Below are positions 39,201 through 50,096 of a stretch of DNA of 64,000 bases, in pieces. The stretch lies in the NCBI RefSeq assembly GCF_025526975.1, contig NW_026515676.1:310001-374000 (forward strand), read 5' to 3'. Every line of letters starts with the position of its first letter. Within the stretch, counting starts at the first letter, position 1. Both the position numbers and the translations under genes were made by a program. Below the pieces are notes generated by a model that was given only the letters and a program-made list of their open reading frames with translations, was not told the DNA's origin and did not search any database. Source of the stretch: Fimicolochytrium jonesii (taxonomy: Eukaryota).

Positions 39201-41960
39201 GAGAACCGTCCTTTTTCCTTCACGAATAAGACTGGCGCACCGGCAGGGGACTTTGAGGGTTTGGTGAATCCTTTGGCAAGGTTTTCTTCGAGGTATTCGC
39301 AGAGTGCCTTCATTTCTGGTTCGCTGAGGCTGTAGATCGGGCCGAAAGGTGGCTGCTTGCCTTCTTCCAGATCGATTGGACAGTCGTAGGGCCGGTGCTC
39401 GGGGAGAGTGTCAGCAGTTCTCTTTTCGAAAACGTCGGCGAAGTCTTCATACTCGGGGGGCAGGAAGTCTTTGATGTCTTTCTCGGGTGTCGGGGGGTTA
39501 CTGGGGCTAGGCGTGGCCGGGAGATCGGGTTTCGCAGGGTTGGCGTAGGCGACAAAGACCTGGTCATGCCTTGCTGCGACCCGGAAGGCTGGGGCGGAGA
39601 TGAACGAGACTCGGAGCGGCATGGGAGCCGGTTCTGGGGTGCTGGAGCGAGATACCTTGGGTACTGGAATCGACCATGTTTCGTCGACGGGGACTTCATC
39701 CTGGGGGATGCGGATCAAGGGCTCGGGGGTTCTGGCGGGTGCTGGGCTCGGGGGTGCTGGAGAGTTGTCCCAATTCGCGAATTCATGGTACTGACAGTCG
39801 CAACGGAAACCTGACCGAAAGGTTCTTGAAGTCAAGGTTAATGTCGTGGAGGCGGAGCCAGGGGAGACCAAGGAGGATTGGAGCATGGGGTGATTTGGTG
39901 ACATGGAAGACGAGTTCTTCGAAAGTGGTCGTCGACCCACATGCCTACTGGTTGGGTGTGATGGGTGATTGGCTCAGCAGAGCTGGGTTGACCGTCAACA
40001 AGTTCGATCGTCAGTGGACGCTGATGCGGGACTAGGGCGATGCGGTGTTTGCGGGCAAAGTCTCTGTCGATGAAGCAGGACAGGGCACCGTTGTCGATCA
40101 TGGCTGAGGTAGGTATCGGGGCGCGGCTGGATGATACCATTATGGTAACGGGGTAGTTGAAGGGTTCGACGGGACCCAGCGCAAGCATGGCGCGGGGGTT
40201 AATTTCGGAGTTTTCGACGTGGGCAGCGGCTAGGAGGGTTGTGTCGGCTATAACGGAGTCGGGAACCAGGGGGGTGGCCTCTTCCGATGCAGGAGCTGCG
40301 AGGTTAGGAGGCCCAGAGGAATGTGTGTTGTCCAGTCGCTGGGGCTTTACTGCGGCTGGACCTTGGGAAAACCCTGTTCCGTGGAGGTTTCTTTGATGTC
40401 GACGTTGGCAGCACGGGTGGTGGTCTTGTTCTTGACGGGGCAGACTTTTGCAATGTGCCCCGCGCCACCGCAGTAAAGGCAGAGGTTGTTGGAAATACGG
40501 CGTTGGCGTTCCTGAGGGCTCAGAGGGCCGCGGGGACGAGCGGCGTCAATCTGCATAGGCTCGCTGTGGTCGACAGTGGTGGTACTAGTAAACGAGGTAT
40601 GGGGAACCGGGAAGGTCTGGTGGCTTCTGTTTCGCTCCAGGCGGCGCTCAAACAGCCGGTTATCGCACTGGATAGCCTGCTCCATCACCACATCAATGGT
40701 GGCCGCAGGGGGCTTTGTGAGCATCAGGTCTTTGACGTCTTCGTTGAGGCCACGGCGGAAGGTAGCAATCAGGGCCTGGTCGTTCCAGGAGACATCGCAT
40801 TGTAGCTGGCGGAACTCAGCGACGTATTCGGTTGCTGCACGGGTTTGGCGAAGGTTCTGGAGCTTGTTTTCAGAGGTGCAGACCCTGTCGCTCTCTCCGA
40901 AGACCGATTGCATCTGACTGATAAAACTATCGAAGTCCTGAAGGCTGTGATCTTAACGTTCGACTAGGGGCGCCATCCAGGCTTGCGCAGTGCCGGTGAG
41001 GTGGGTGCCAATCGTTTGGATCTTGATGATGTCGCTGGGGTAGCGGTCGGGCTGGAGAGCAAACATCAACTGGATGTTGTTCAACCACCCACGGAATTTG
41101 CCGCGGGTACCATCAAACTTCTCAGGCGAGCTGATTCTGGGCTCCAGAGCTCCCGGAGCAGGGTTAATGACTTGGGGATGGGTGTACGCATCGGCTTGAA
41201 CCTGGGCGGCGATGCTCTGGGCAGCTTGTGCGTCGGCTTGGGCTTGCGCTGGTTGGCCTGCAAGTTGGCGTTTTGGCTTTGCAAGGCGGCGATGGCTTGG
41301 CACATATCGTTCCATTGCTCGGCGGTGAAAGGTACGGATTCGGATTTAGACATGGCGAAAAAGGTTTGTCGGATGCAGGGCTGGACAGGTTCTGAACTTC
41401 GCAGTGTTGGAGCAGATCAAACTGTTATGATCTCGACGACGGGGGCGGAAGCAAAGTAGAGAAGACAGGGCAAGTGTGATAGGCGACAAGAGATTGTATT
41501 GGCGAAACAAGAAACAAGGACTAGAACAGGAGATGAGAAGAACTGGTGTTGATCTGCTGGGGAGGAAGGGAATGGACGAAGAGAGGCCGGCTATTTATAG
41601 ATAGGCAACCCAGCAGATCAGAGAACAACAACAACAAGAGGGGACTGGGGGGGCGCCAGCTATGCTCCTAGAGCGTGCGTGGCGAGCGTAGAGAGCATTG
41701 CTACAGCTGCTGGCTATGGGGAAGTAGTGGGGGGTGTGGAGAAGCCGAGGGGGGATTGGCGAAATGAGAGGAGAGAGGAGGAGTGGCGATATTGCAGGAG
41801 GATTGGCGAAATGAGAGGAGAGAGGGGGAGTGGCATTGACATTGACATTGACACTGACATTGACACTGACATTGACATTGACATTGGCATTTGACATTGG
41901 CGGTTGACATTGGCGGCTGTTAGTAGGTCAGCTTATGGTATGGGCGCGTCATCCATAACA
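36257..41960 (-). mobile_element. Ty3/gypsy chromovirus, degenerate; 5' LTR 41423-41960, truncated 3' LTR 36257-36447
   Basis: gag (PEKFDG, CLYCGGAGHIAKVC), protease (AMIDNGA), RT (DYRGLN, MPFGL, YLDD), RNase H, integrase (HHCC, SDRGPQF, GQTER), chromodomain (WVVEAILD..YLVKWQGW..NTWEP); PPT AAAGAGAGGGGTGA. Confidence 0.96.
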
Positions 41961-43912
41961 CTTCAGGAGGTTTGCAGCGTGGAGGACAGTGTGTCCCCAT
42001 GATGAGGCGGGTAGGTTGCTGTGTAGAATCATTGGTCTGGTGATCGCTTGGATTCTTTTGATTATTGATTCTGCCGTCCCATTCTGACTGTGGCGATAAT
42101 TGGTTGATGTCTCAAATTTGATGCCTTGGCTTTCCAGAAAGCGCAACATCGTATGGGAAGTGAATTCCCGAGCGTTATCCATGCGAATGGTGAGAATCTG
42201 GTGTTCCGGGAACTGGTTTCAAAGGTAAATAATGTTGGCAGTGATGCGGGGAAAAGCGAAGGCTTTAGCTGATAACAAATTGACCATAGCAAATCTGGCG
42301 GATGCGTCAATGAATACCATATTAATATCGGAAGGGGCCGGATGCAGGTGTGTATGGACCGCTGATGTCGACGTGTATGCGTTCAAGGAATTTCAGAGGT
42401 TGTTGCGGTTCCTCACTTGGGCATGGGGTCATAACAAACTTACCCAACTTGCAGGATTCGCAGGTGCGTCGGATATCGATGAGTGAGGATTGTGCGATGT
42501 TGCGGAGGGGCAGATCTGTAGCGTCAGCAATGCGTATGAACATCGTTGATCCCGGATGTCCCAATCGTGCATGCCAAAGTTGGGTGGTGGCTTCATTCTT
42601 CTTGCCGACAGTGTGTCCGACAAAGGATATTGGTAAGAGGTGCGTACTGTAGAGCCCGTTCTGCACTTCACGGCATTGTTCACTCAATCTTCCTTCCTTG
42701 GTTATTTGTAGTATTTCAACCCTCCCTCCCATCTCCTTTACGGTGAGTGTACGCATGTGGAATCCATTTTCACGTAGGCTGCGGAAGCTAAAGATTGATC
42801 GTGGGCCGGTAGCTGCGTACAGCGCATCTGGGATATCATGCTACTTCTATTTGGAAGAGAGAAGCGGGTGTGTCCCTTGCACATGCCTCCGGCGGGGGCG
42901 CCGATTGTATTGATGTGGATGGGAGAGTCATTTTGGATGGAGATGAAGAGGCGTTTGTCGTTGAGGATGGTATGTGTTGAACCTGAGTCAATGATGGGCA
43001 CTTTGCCGACGCCGGTGGTTACTCCGACGCTGGTGGTTGTCATTCCGACGAATCCATTGGTCATGAAGTCGTTGGCGTCGTTCAGCTCAGTGATGTAGGA
43101 TTTGAGGGCGTCATTCTTGATGTCCTTCTTCTTTCTTGTTTCCTCCCATGCAGCGACAAGGTGGTCGGGAATGCAGCATCTGGCCGATATGTGGCCTGCG
43201 GTTCCGCAGCGGAAACAGGTACGGTTGTCTTTACTATCATCCGTTGAACGTGTCCCGTTTCTAAAATGGTTTCCTTTTCCGCGGCCTCTTCCTCTTCCAG
43301 CTCCATCTCGGCGAAGTCCTGCTTGGCCTCGGCCCCCGCGGCCTCTTCCTCGGCCTCTTCCGCGACCCCTTTCAGCATTGGAGATGTAATTGGATTCTTT
43401 GTTTTCGACGACGGTTCCAGGTTTGGGTGCAGACGTTTGAATCGTTTGCATCGTCGAATTGTTGGTCTCAAACTGTTGAAGAATTCTTGATGACTCTTGG
43501 TACGTTTTGTAGTTGCGTCCCCATAGCTGGTTGCTGAGGAGTTGGGCGCTTGTGGGCATGGAAAGTGGGGTCTGTTCAATGATATCTTTATCGGTAAGGT
43601 TGGTGCGGCCGCAATCCTTCATTCTGTTGAAGAGATTGAACAACTTTGTATTGTGGTCGTTGACGGATTTGAAGTCGCTGAAGCGGAGACTGGTCCATTC
43701 CTGCATGACGCGGCTTGACTCCGCAAGGTACTGGTGTTCAAAGCGTTTGGCGAGGGCTTCCCAGATTTGATTGGCAGATTTGAGGGTGCAATATTATTCT
43801 TTGAGGTTCGTGTGGATTGCATTGCGGTGCATTGCATCTGGTAGTTCTTGCCGTTGGCAGAAAGGACCTCCACATGGTTCAATTTGGAGGCGGCGTTAGA
43901 GGTGGATGACAT
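41961..43912 (-). pseudogene. Copia gag-protease-integrase, frameshifted; integrase cut by the gypsy LTR
   Basis: EWTSLRFSDFKSV, CFRCGTAGHISARC, IIDSGSTH, LWHARLGHPG, CESCKLGK, FLERIHVDISGP, MDNAREF, QNGTAE. Confidence 0.95.
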
Positions 43913-44093
43913 GGTTTTTTATTTTTATGTTTAGGGTAAGCGTCATGTTTTGTTTAGGTTGTATAGATTGTTGCTAGCGGGATTGGTTTTTGTGTAGTGG
44001 CGTGTAGGCGGTTTGGCTCTAGCTCGTAGGTGGAATGGGTTTTTGCGTAGGTGGTCTTTCTCTAGAGTAGGATGGTCTATGGTGCTGATAACG

Positions 44094-44260
44094 TGTTGTG
44101 GAACTCGTTACTTTATTCCCCTTCACACACACCACTTGTTTTATAGACATTTGATCGGACGGTCTGCACACACACACAACCAGCTCTCTATCTGCAGAGA
44201 GGAAAAGGGGTACGGTAACTATAAAAAGGAAGCTGTGGCTGAAACTGGTTGTTTACAACA
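44094..44260 (-). repeat. Copia 5' LTR (167 bp), PBS at 44080-44093
   Basis: Pairs with 30926-31092; followed on the minus strand by CGTTATCAGCACCA. Confidence 0.97.
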
Positions 44261-44607
44261 TCTTGCCCATTGCGGCCACGCTTACAATAGATGTAGGAGT
44301 CACAGAGGATGCTCAATAAGTGGGCTGGGCAAGACCCAGGGCAAGACCCGGCCAGGTGATTGACGTGTCTACTAAAAGGGAAACCTCCCTTGCGCTTCCC
44401 CAAAGCCCCGCTTACAATCTTCTTGGAACTGCGGATCTATGAGCTTATACCGCTGGTCAACTGAAATTGTGCTACTCGCTACTGAAATTATGCCACAATC
44501 CCAATACAGACACGACGTTCACCATCATTGTCGCTCATCTCTACCGTAGACTCTCCCTCCAAAGCCTTTCTCAGCAATCTTCTCGTATTATCTTGTCGCG
44601 CTTCACA

Positions 44608-45423
44608 ATGGGCCAGGTTTTCAAGTTTGGGCAATGGCCCATCCCGGCAGGGGAGGTATTTCTCACCACAAAGCTGTCTCTAGGAATCGTCAACTACAAG
44701 CCCATTGTTCCGTAAGTGTGTTGAACTTGCTATCTGCAGTAGAGTGGTTGTTCCGGGGCCACTGCTAACACCTTGTTCTTCCAATCCTAAAGCGGACGTA
44801 TGTTCAAAGTTGCTTTCCGACTACTCGCTCTTGGTAACAGCTCTCCCTGAGAAAAAGTCCTCTGATGTTCGTCATACAGACGTTCTAGTCTTACCTCGAC
44901 GGGTTGTGCCCCGATTCTCTGAGCTCACATCGGATGAAGTCAAGGACATGTTCCTCACAGCTCAAAAGGTTGGGGCTGTTGTGGAGAAGGAGTATAAGGG
45001 TGAAGCTTTGATGATTACACTACAGGTAACGATGTCGATGTTATTGATTGTGCTGCGGGGATCGATCTGATAATGGGCAATCCGACCTTTAGGATGGAGC
45101 GATGGCCGGCCAAACGGTACCGCACGTCCATGTCCACATTATCACTCGAGTGAAGGGTGATTGGACCAATAACGATGAAATCTACCCGGAAATTGATAAG
45201 AAGGAGAGAGAAATGAACGCAGAACTCAGTAAAGGAGAAAAGGTAGTATCGGTATTTCACACCCTGCCATTTTATATTTGTTGCTAATAAGCTACTTTCT
45301 ACGAAGGACAAGAAGGGAGTGGATAATGACGAAAGGAAGCCAAGGACGCTGGAAGAGATGACGGTGGAAGCGACAGGACTTCGGCCTCACTTCGAGCAGT
45401 TTGAGGATGTGTGGAGTGCTTGA
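44608..45423 (+). CDS. FHIT: FHIT/Hnt2 dinucleoside triphosphatase (HIT family), 5 exons including a 5-nt microexon
   Basis: [54 protein letters not shown]. Confidence 0.93.
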
Positions 45424-45479
45424 ATGATTTATGTAGATTCCGAGAGTCTGGCGTACGATTCGGCACTGGTCAATCCTCA

Positions 45480-46700
45480 GGTTGCCGATTTTCAACTGTG
45501 TTTGAAGACTGGCAATAAACAACTGGACAGCGGGTTGCGATTGTCCGTTCGTCTGCTGGTGGTTACTCGAGTTCCCCAATCTGTGGCACTTGGGGTAGGT
45601 CTTCGGCGTTTGTCGTCCTGCGTTGACTGTTTGCCCTTCCCCATGTCTTCAGCGCGCTCGGCCGCTAGCTATTCCTTGCGCCGCTTCCTTCTCCACCCTC
45701 TCCTTGTACACGAGTTACATGCCGCGCGGGCGGTCTTCACTCTTCCCACCAACCCCGTCCTCCACGCAGGAGACGATGTAGTACCGCAGACGCAGCAGCG
45801 CCCACCTGGGGCCAGGCAGGAGTAGCCGCGATCGTCAAGGTCGGCTTGACTGGGGCGGGAGCGTGCCACGTCTTGCGGAGAGGCCTTGCTGCGATATCTT
45901 TTTCCTGTTTGGAGGTTTCTGACGAAGGTAAAAAGTGTCCTCGTCCCGGAAGGCGTAACCGCCGACGAGATGGTGAAGGCGTGACTGTGAACAGGCTGGA
46001 AGTATGAGTACCGATGATAGGGCCGCGGGGAATTGTGACTTTGGACCCATACCTTGCACCCCAGTTTCGACATCTCGCTTCCGGTGGCAGAAGCGGTGGC
46101 TCCGGGGTGTGCTGCAAATTTGCATCATCATGCACTTGACCTTTTCCGAGCAACAACATATCCATAATTGGGCGAGTATATCATCGATATGTTGTTGCTC
46201 GGAAAGGGTCAAGTGGATGATGATGCAAGCACCACACATCGGGGCCCAAGTAATCAGTTGGATGAAGAGGAACACTTACACAGGCACGCCGTGATGGTAA
46301 GGAGATGAGCGGCATGTTTGGCATCGAGATCTGCTGTCAGCTGGGCTTTCTCCTTCGCCGCCTCACTCTCCTTGAGCTCCGACTTGGCCCTATGGATGGA
46401 TTCTTCCTTCTCGGCGAACGCGGCCAGTTGGCGTTGAGCTCCGCTCGCTTTGCTGCTTCCTCTTCGAGCTTCGCCGCGAGATGGCCGGCATGTTTGTCAT
46501 GGAGTTCTGCGGTCAGCTGGGGTTTCTCCTTCGCCGCATCAACTTTCACCTTGCCCGAGCTCGCTCGCAAAGTATTTTACGAGGTCTTGGACGCTGACCG
46601 GGTTGCTGTCCACGGGTGGTGTTCCTTGAGATTTTTCGACGTCTTCTTGACCTGTCTCTTCAGCTTTGCGCTCCTCTTCATTGGCCACGGGCCACTGTCA
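45480..46700 (-). pseudogene. Decayed gene(s): repeated coiled coil, GATA-like finger, KLAAERAED block
   Basis: AAKEK(P/A)QLTA(E/D)L..KHA repeat; CCVCGTTSSPAWRTGLVGRVKTARAACNSC; TAG at 45669-45671 where the paralog at 29.9 kb has AAG. Confidence 0.55.
46120..46228. repeat. 43-bp near-perfect inverted repeat with 23-nt loop
   Basis: 46120-46162 versus 46186-46228, two mismatches. Confidence 0.95.
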
Positions 46701-47011
46701 CGACGAAAGGACTTCCTGTCCGGCACAACAAGAGGAAAAGCCTCGAAGGTGTTTTTGCTTGCCCGGTTAAAGTAAATTAAGAGGAATCCAGACAGTGAGA
46801 ATCTTGATAGTGAGCACCGTATCATTCTGTCTGATCGGCCCTCCCGGGGCGGGTTGAATGTCAAGGATTTCGTATTGAAGCAGCGATGTGGACACTGGAT
46901 GCCACAGTGCCGGGACCATATGGGGTATGTCTTTTTGAGACATCGGTGGCTAGTTGGAAGTCCATATGCTTTCCGGGGTCGTTTTCAATTGCCCCGTCGC
47001 AAGTGGTTACC

Positions 47012-47479
47012 TTATAGAGACGATAAGTGGTTAATATCAATGCGAGACAGGACAGGTGATTGACAGCTACTTACAGTCAATGTTGCATTTGCCAACACCT
47101 TGGTACCAGCCTCTTCCCGAGGAAAAAAAAGAACGGCGTCCCGCGCGAGATCAAGGCCTTTCGCCACGGGGACCAGCGGCACCGGGTCTCTCAGTGGCAA
47201 ACCTTCATTGATGTTCTGCTCATGCTCTCCTTGGAGGTGTGGATAAAAGGCCGCTGTGATCCAGTTGTTTGCATGCTGGCAGACGGCACTTGGCAGGGAC
47301 TCCCGCCAGCTGCGGCTCATGTATGAACAAAGCCTGAAAACTTCATCGAGGTCCAGGTACTTGAGCACGTTAAGGAGGACGTCCTCTGTACGCAAGGCCC
47401 TGTGATGAAGTAACGCCGAATCAGATGTTTGCACAGATGTCTGACGATTTCTACGATCCCCACGTTTGCGCCTTACCAA
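47012..47479 (-). CDS. Putative F-box protein (fragment or pseudogene)
   Basis: EDVLLNVLKYLDLDEVFRLCSYMSRSWRE fits the F-box pattern; full model unresolved. Confidence 0.5.
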   Translation of the reverse strand: MVRRKRGDRRNRQTSVQTSDSALLHHRALRTEDVLLNVLKYLDLDEVFRLCSYMSRSWRESLPSAVCQHANNWITAAFYPHLQGEHEQNINEGLPLRDPVPLVPVAKGLDLARDAVLFFPREEAGTKVLANATLTVSSCQSPVLSRIDINHLSSL

Positions 47480-50096
47480 TGTTCGGTCGGATCCACCATC
47501 AGAGACTGAATCCGCCCTCCCGGGGCGTCGGCCTTGATGGGGGCGTCGGCCTTGACGTTCTTGACCGAGGGCGGCCGACCTGGGGCCTTGACAATGATGT
47601 TGACGATGATGTTGTTCGAGTTCGGCCAGATCGGCCGTCGGAAAACGAAGTGAGATGTGCGGGATGCTGTCATACCGTAGGGTACTGAAAGAAACTCACG
47701 AGCGGGTTCCTCTGGAGCATGCTTTGGGACGAGCTCCGCGAGAGTGTCAACTCCAAATACCTCGACAACGACCGGGGGGCGACGGTTGAGATCCACAACG
47801 AGAAGGCTGCTGATCTCGATCGCTTCATCGCTGTCACTTGCATCCTGTTGAGTGGATGAGACGCCCTTCTGAGAGGTTGAGTTCGCCCGTTAATCTTTCT
47901 TTTAGCCCGCCCGAATATTTTTGACCTCCATCGAGATCACCATTCCGATGGGCCCACCGCCCACAAAGTCCGCTTCATGTTGATGATAATGGCGCCGGTG
48001 AGGTTCAACTTTTCTTCGTCTTCCAGTCCTCCACGGGGGCCCGAACTTCCTTGATTCGCTCGATGTCCTACGCTCCTACGATCGACGAGGGCTTAAAGCG
48101 ACTGCTGAGGAGGGGAAGGGAGGGGATCCAACGGAGACCGCAGAATCCACTCTCTACCCCTCTCGTTCTCCTTCTTTCCTCCTTCTTTGATTTTTCCTCG
48201 GGACGTCTCCCATGTGCCGTCATTTCCCAAGAAGAGAGACAAGGCGAGAAGCATATACAAGAAGTGAAATGATGCCGGCTTGTAGCCGCAGCGATGGAAA
48301 TACGGCTTGTAGCCTCATCGAAAGTCCCCATCGTGCAAAGCGTCTTTCCACGGCTTCACGAGCATGCCGCGGGATGCAAAAGAAGCGAGCAAGAGCGGAC
48401 CCAGCGACGTCGCTTTCCCTGTCCGAATGACGATCCGACGGGAGTCCCCGGGTTGTCGGATTTACTTTGGGATGTTGCGCGTGGCAGCACCTTCTTTCTT
48501 CTTGGCACCAATGACAGCTCAACCAGATTGAGACCGAGCCAGCGGCGCTCGCTAATGGGCCGATGACATGCCCAGCAAAGGTGTGGTGCGTAGAGTGTGC
48601 GGGTGGCGTTTCAGAGGGGGGCTAGCAGTACTCTGCGCCTGCGTAGGCTTGACGGTGTTGAGGATAAGCAGGAGCAGTGCGGTGAAACCTGAGACCAATC
48701 TCCACGATTTTTTGTTTCTCGGCCCTTTGTTCCGAGATAGGATGTGGTGCAAAGTGTGCGGATTTGCTGGGAGGACACACAAGAGGGGAAATTCGCTCTC
48801 CCGTTTTTGACAGCAAAATGACACTATTTCGTGATCCTTCAAAAAAAGGACACCCACCCCTTGACGCCCTAGTTCTCGTTGGACTAAACCAACGGGAGGG
48901 CTCTAAGATGACTCAGAGAAATGCAAGAGACGACCAGTTTTCGGCATGGAGCGACGGGGTTATGTAAGTTTTCTTGTAGTGGACAAAAGTCCTTCAACGG
49001 ACGTAACAGAGCGACGGACCGTTGCAGGTGATCAACCACGTTAGATATCATTTCGCCAATGACGGCGAGATGTTCGTTGGGCCATCTGTACCACCTAACC
49101 CTGCTGTCATCCCCAATAGTCCAAAGAAAAGCTATTGCAAACGAGGGTCTTCTCGTCCCAGTGGCATGTGAGTATTGATGCAGCCTTGCGTAAGATTGCC
49201 TCACTGCACATGCACATGCATTCTCTGACATGTGTGCTCTTGTACGTACTGTGTATATGGCGAATGTGCGTCTGAAAGGATGGGATGTTTTTCGCAAAGA
49301 AAAAAACGTATGGCATCCTCAGGCAGAGGGGCAATTGAAGTGCGGGCATTGTGCAAAACGAGTGGCTGGCGACGCGTTTTTACAGAGGAGCGGAGACACC
49401 CAGGAGACACCGCCCAAAAACGAAAGCCACCTTCACCCACCCCGCGACACAGACGTCATATCGTGCTGGAATGGTGTGCCATACAGTATGAGAGTTTGCC
49501 TTTCGGGAATGGGGGGCGGAGGGCAAAGTTGGCAAAGATCAGAAAGCGCCCCGCATATTGGGCAAATGCTTCCCGTTGATGGGCCATGAGGTTTTTCCGC
49601 CTCAATAATGGAAGCTACTGGAGTCCTTGGATTCGGGAACCGTCCTGGCTCCCGGCGCACACCACCGACGCCCAACCAGCGATGCCCCTCACAAAGATCA
49701 AGGCTGCTGATTGATGAATGCGAGCTCGTTCGACAACCATGGCGCAGACAGGCTGGGGGAGAACCGCCACGAAAGATGTCAGCAATTCCCAATGTGCGCA
49801 ATCCCGTGTCACTCTCGCGTGCATCCCACCCACCCCAGCGTTCGCTTCCAATCCAATGCTTCTCGCAGAGGGTTCCGCAGCCTTCCCCAAAACAGAACAT
49901 ACCCCCCCCCCCCCCCCCCCCCCCCCCCAGAACCCCCATATAAAAACGCACTATCCCAAGGGTCCCCTTCTTCTCCCTTCAACAACAAGTCCCAAACCAG
50001 AATTACATGCTCCGCACAACTCAGCGTCGCATCACACTCCTGCGGTCACATCTCTACACAAACCACCGTTCATACTCAACTACACAACATAGCAAG

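Larger units (their letters stand above)
30926..44260 (-). mobile_element. Ty1/copia LTR retrotransposon (Bianca/Ty1-like), degenerate, interrupted by nested elements
   Basis: LTRs 30926-31092 and 44094-44260 (TGTTG...CAACA); TCTTG TSD at 30921-30925 and 44261-44265; PPT AGAGGGAG next to 31092; gag-PR-IN-RT-RH order. Confidence 0.97.

Noticed and set aside
35027..41960. One intact gypsy bounded by LTRs 35027-35565 and 41423-41960
   Set aside because: Outer flanks differ (GCTCG versus CTTCA); the left LTR has its own GCTCG TSD, so it is a solo LTR.
45523..45565. 43-bp insertion relative to the 29.8-kb paralog as an intron gain or loss
   Set aside because: GT-AG excision leaves the junction one base short of the paralog.
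47473..49860. Additional genes or a large DNA transposon (Starship/Helitron) spanning the accessory block
   Set aside because: No transposase, tyrosine recombinase, Rep/helicase motifs or matching termini found; ORFs are short and unassignable.
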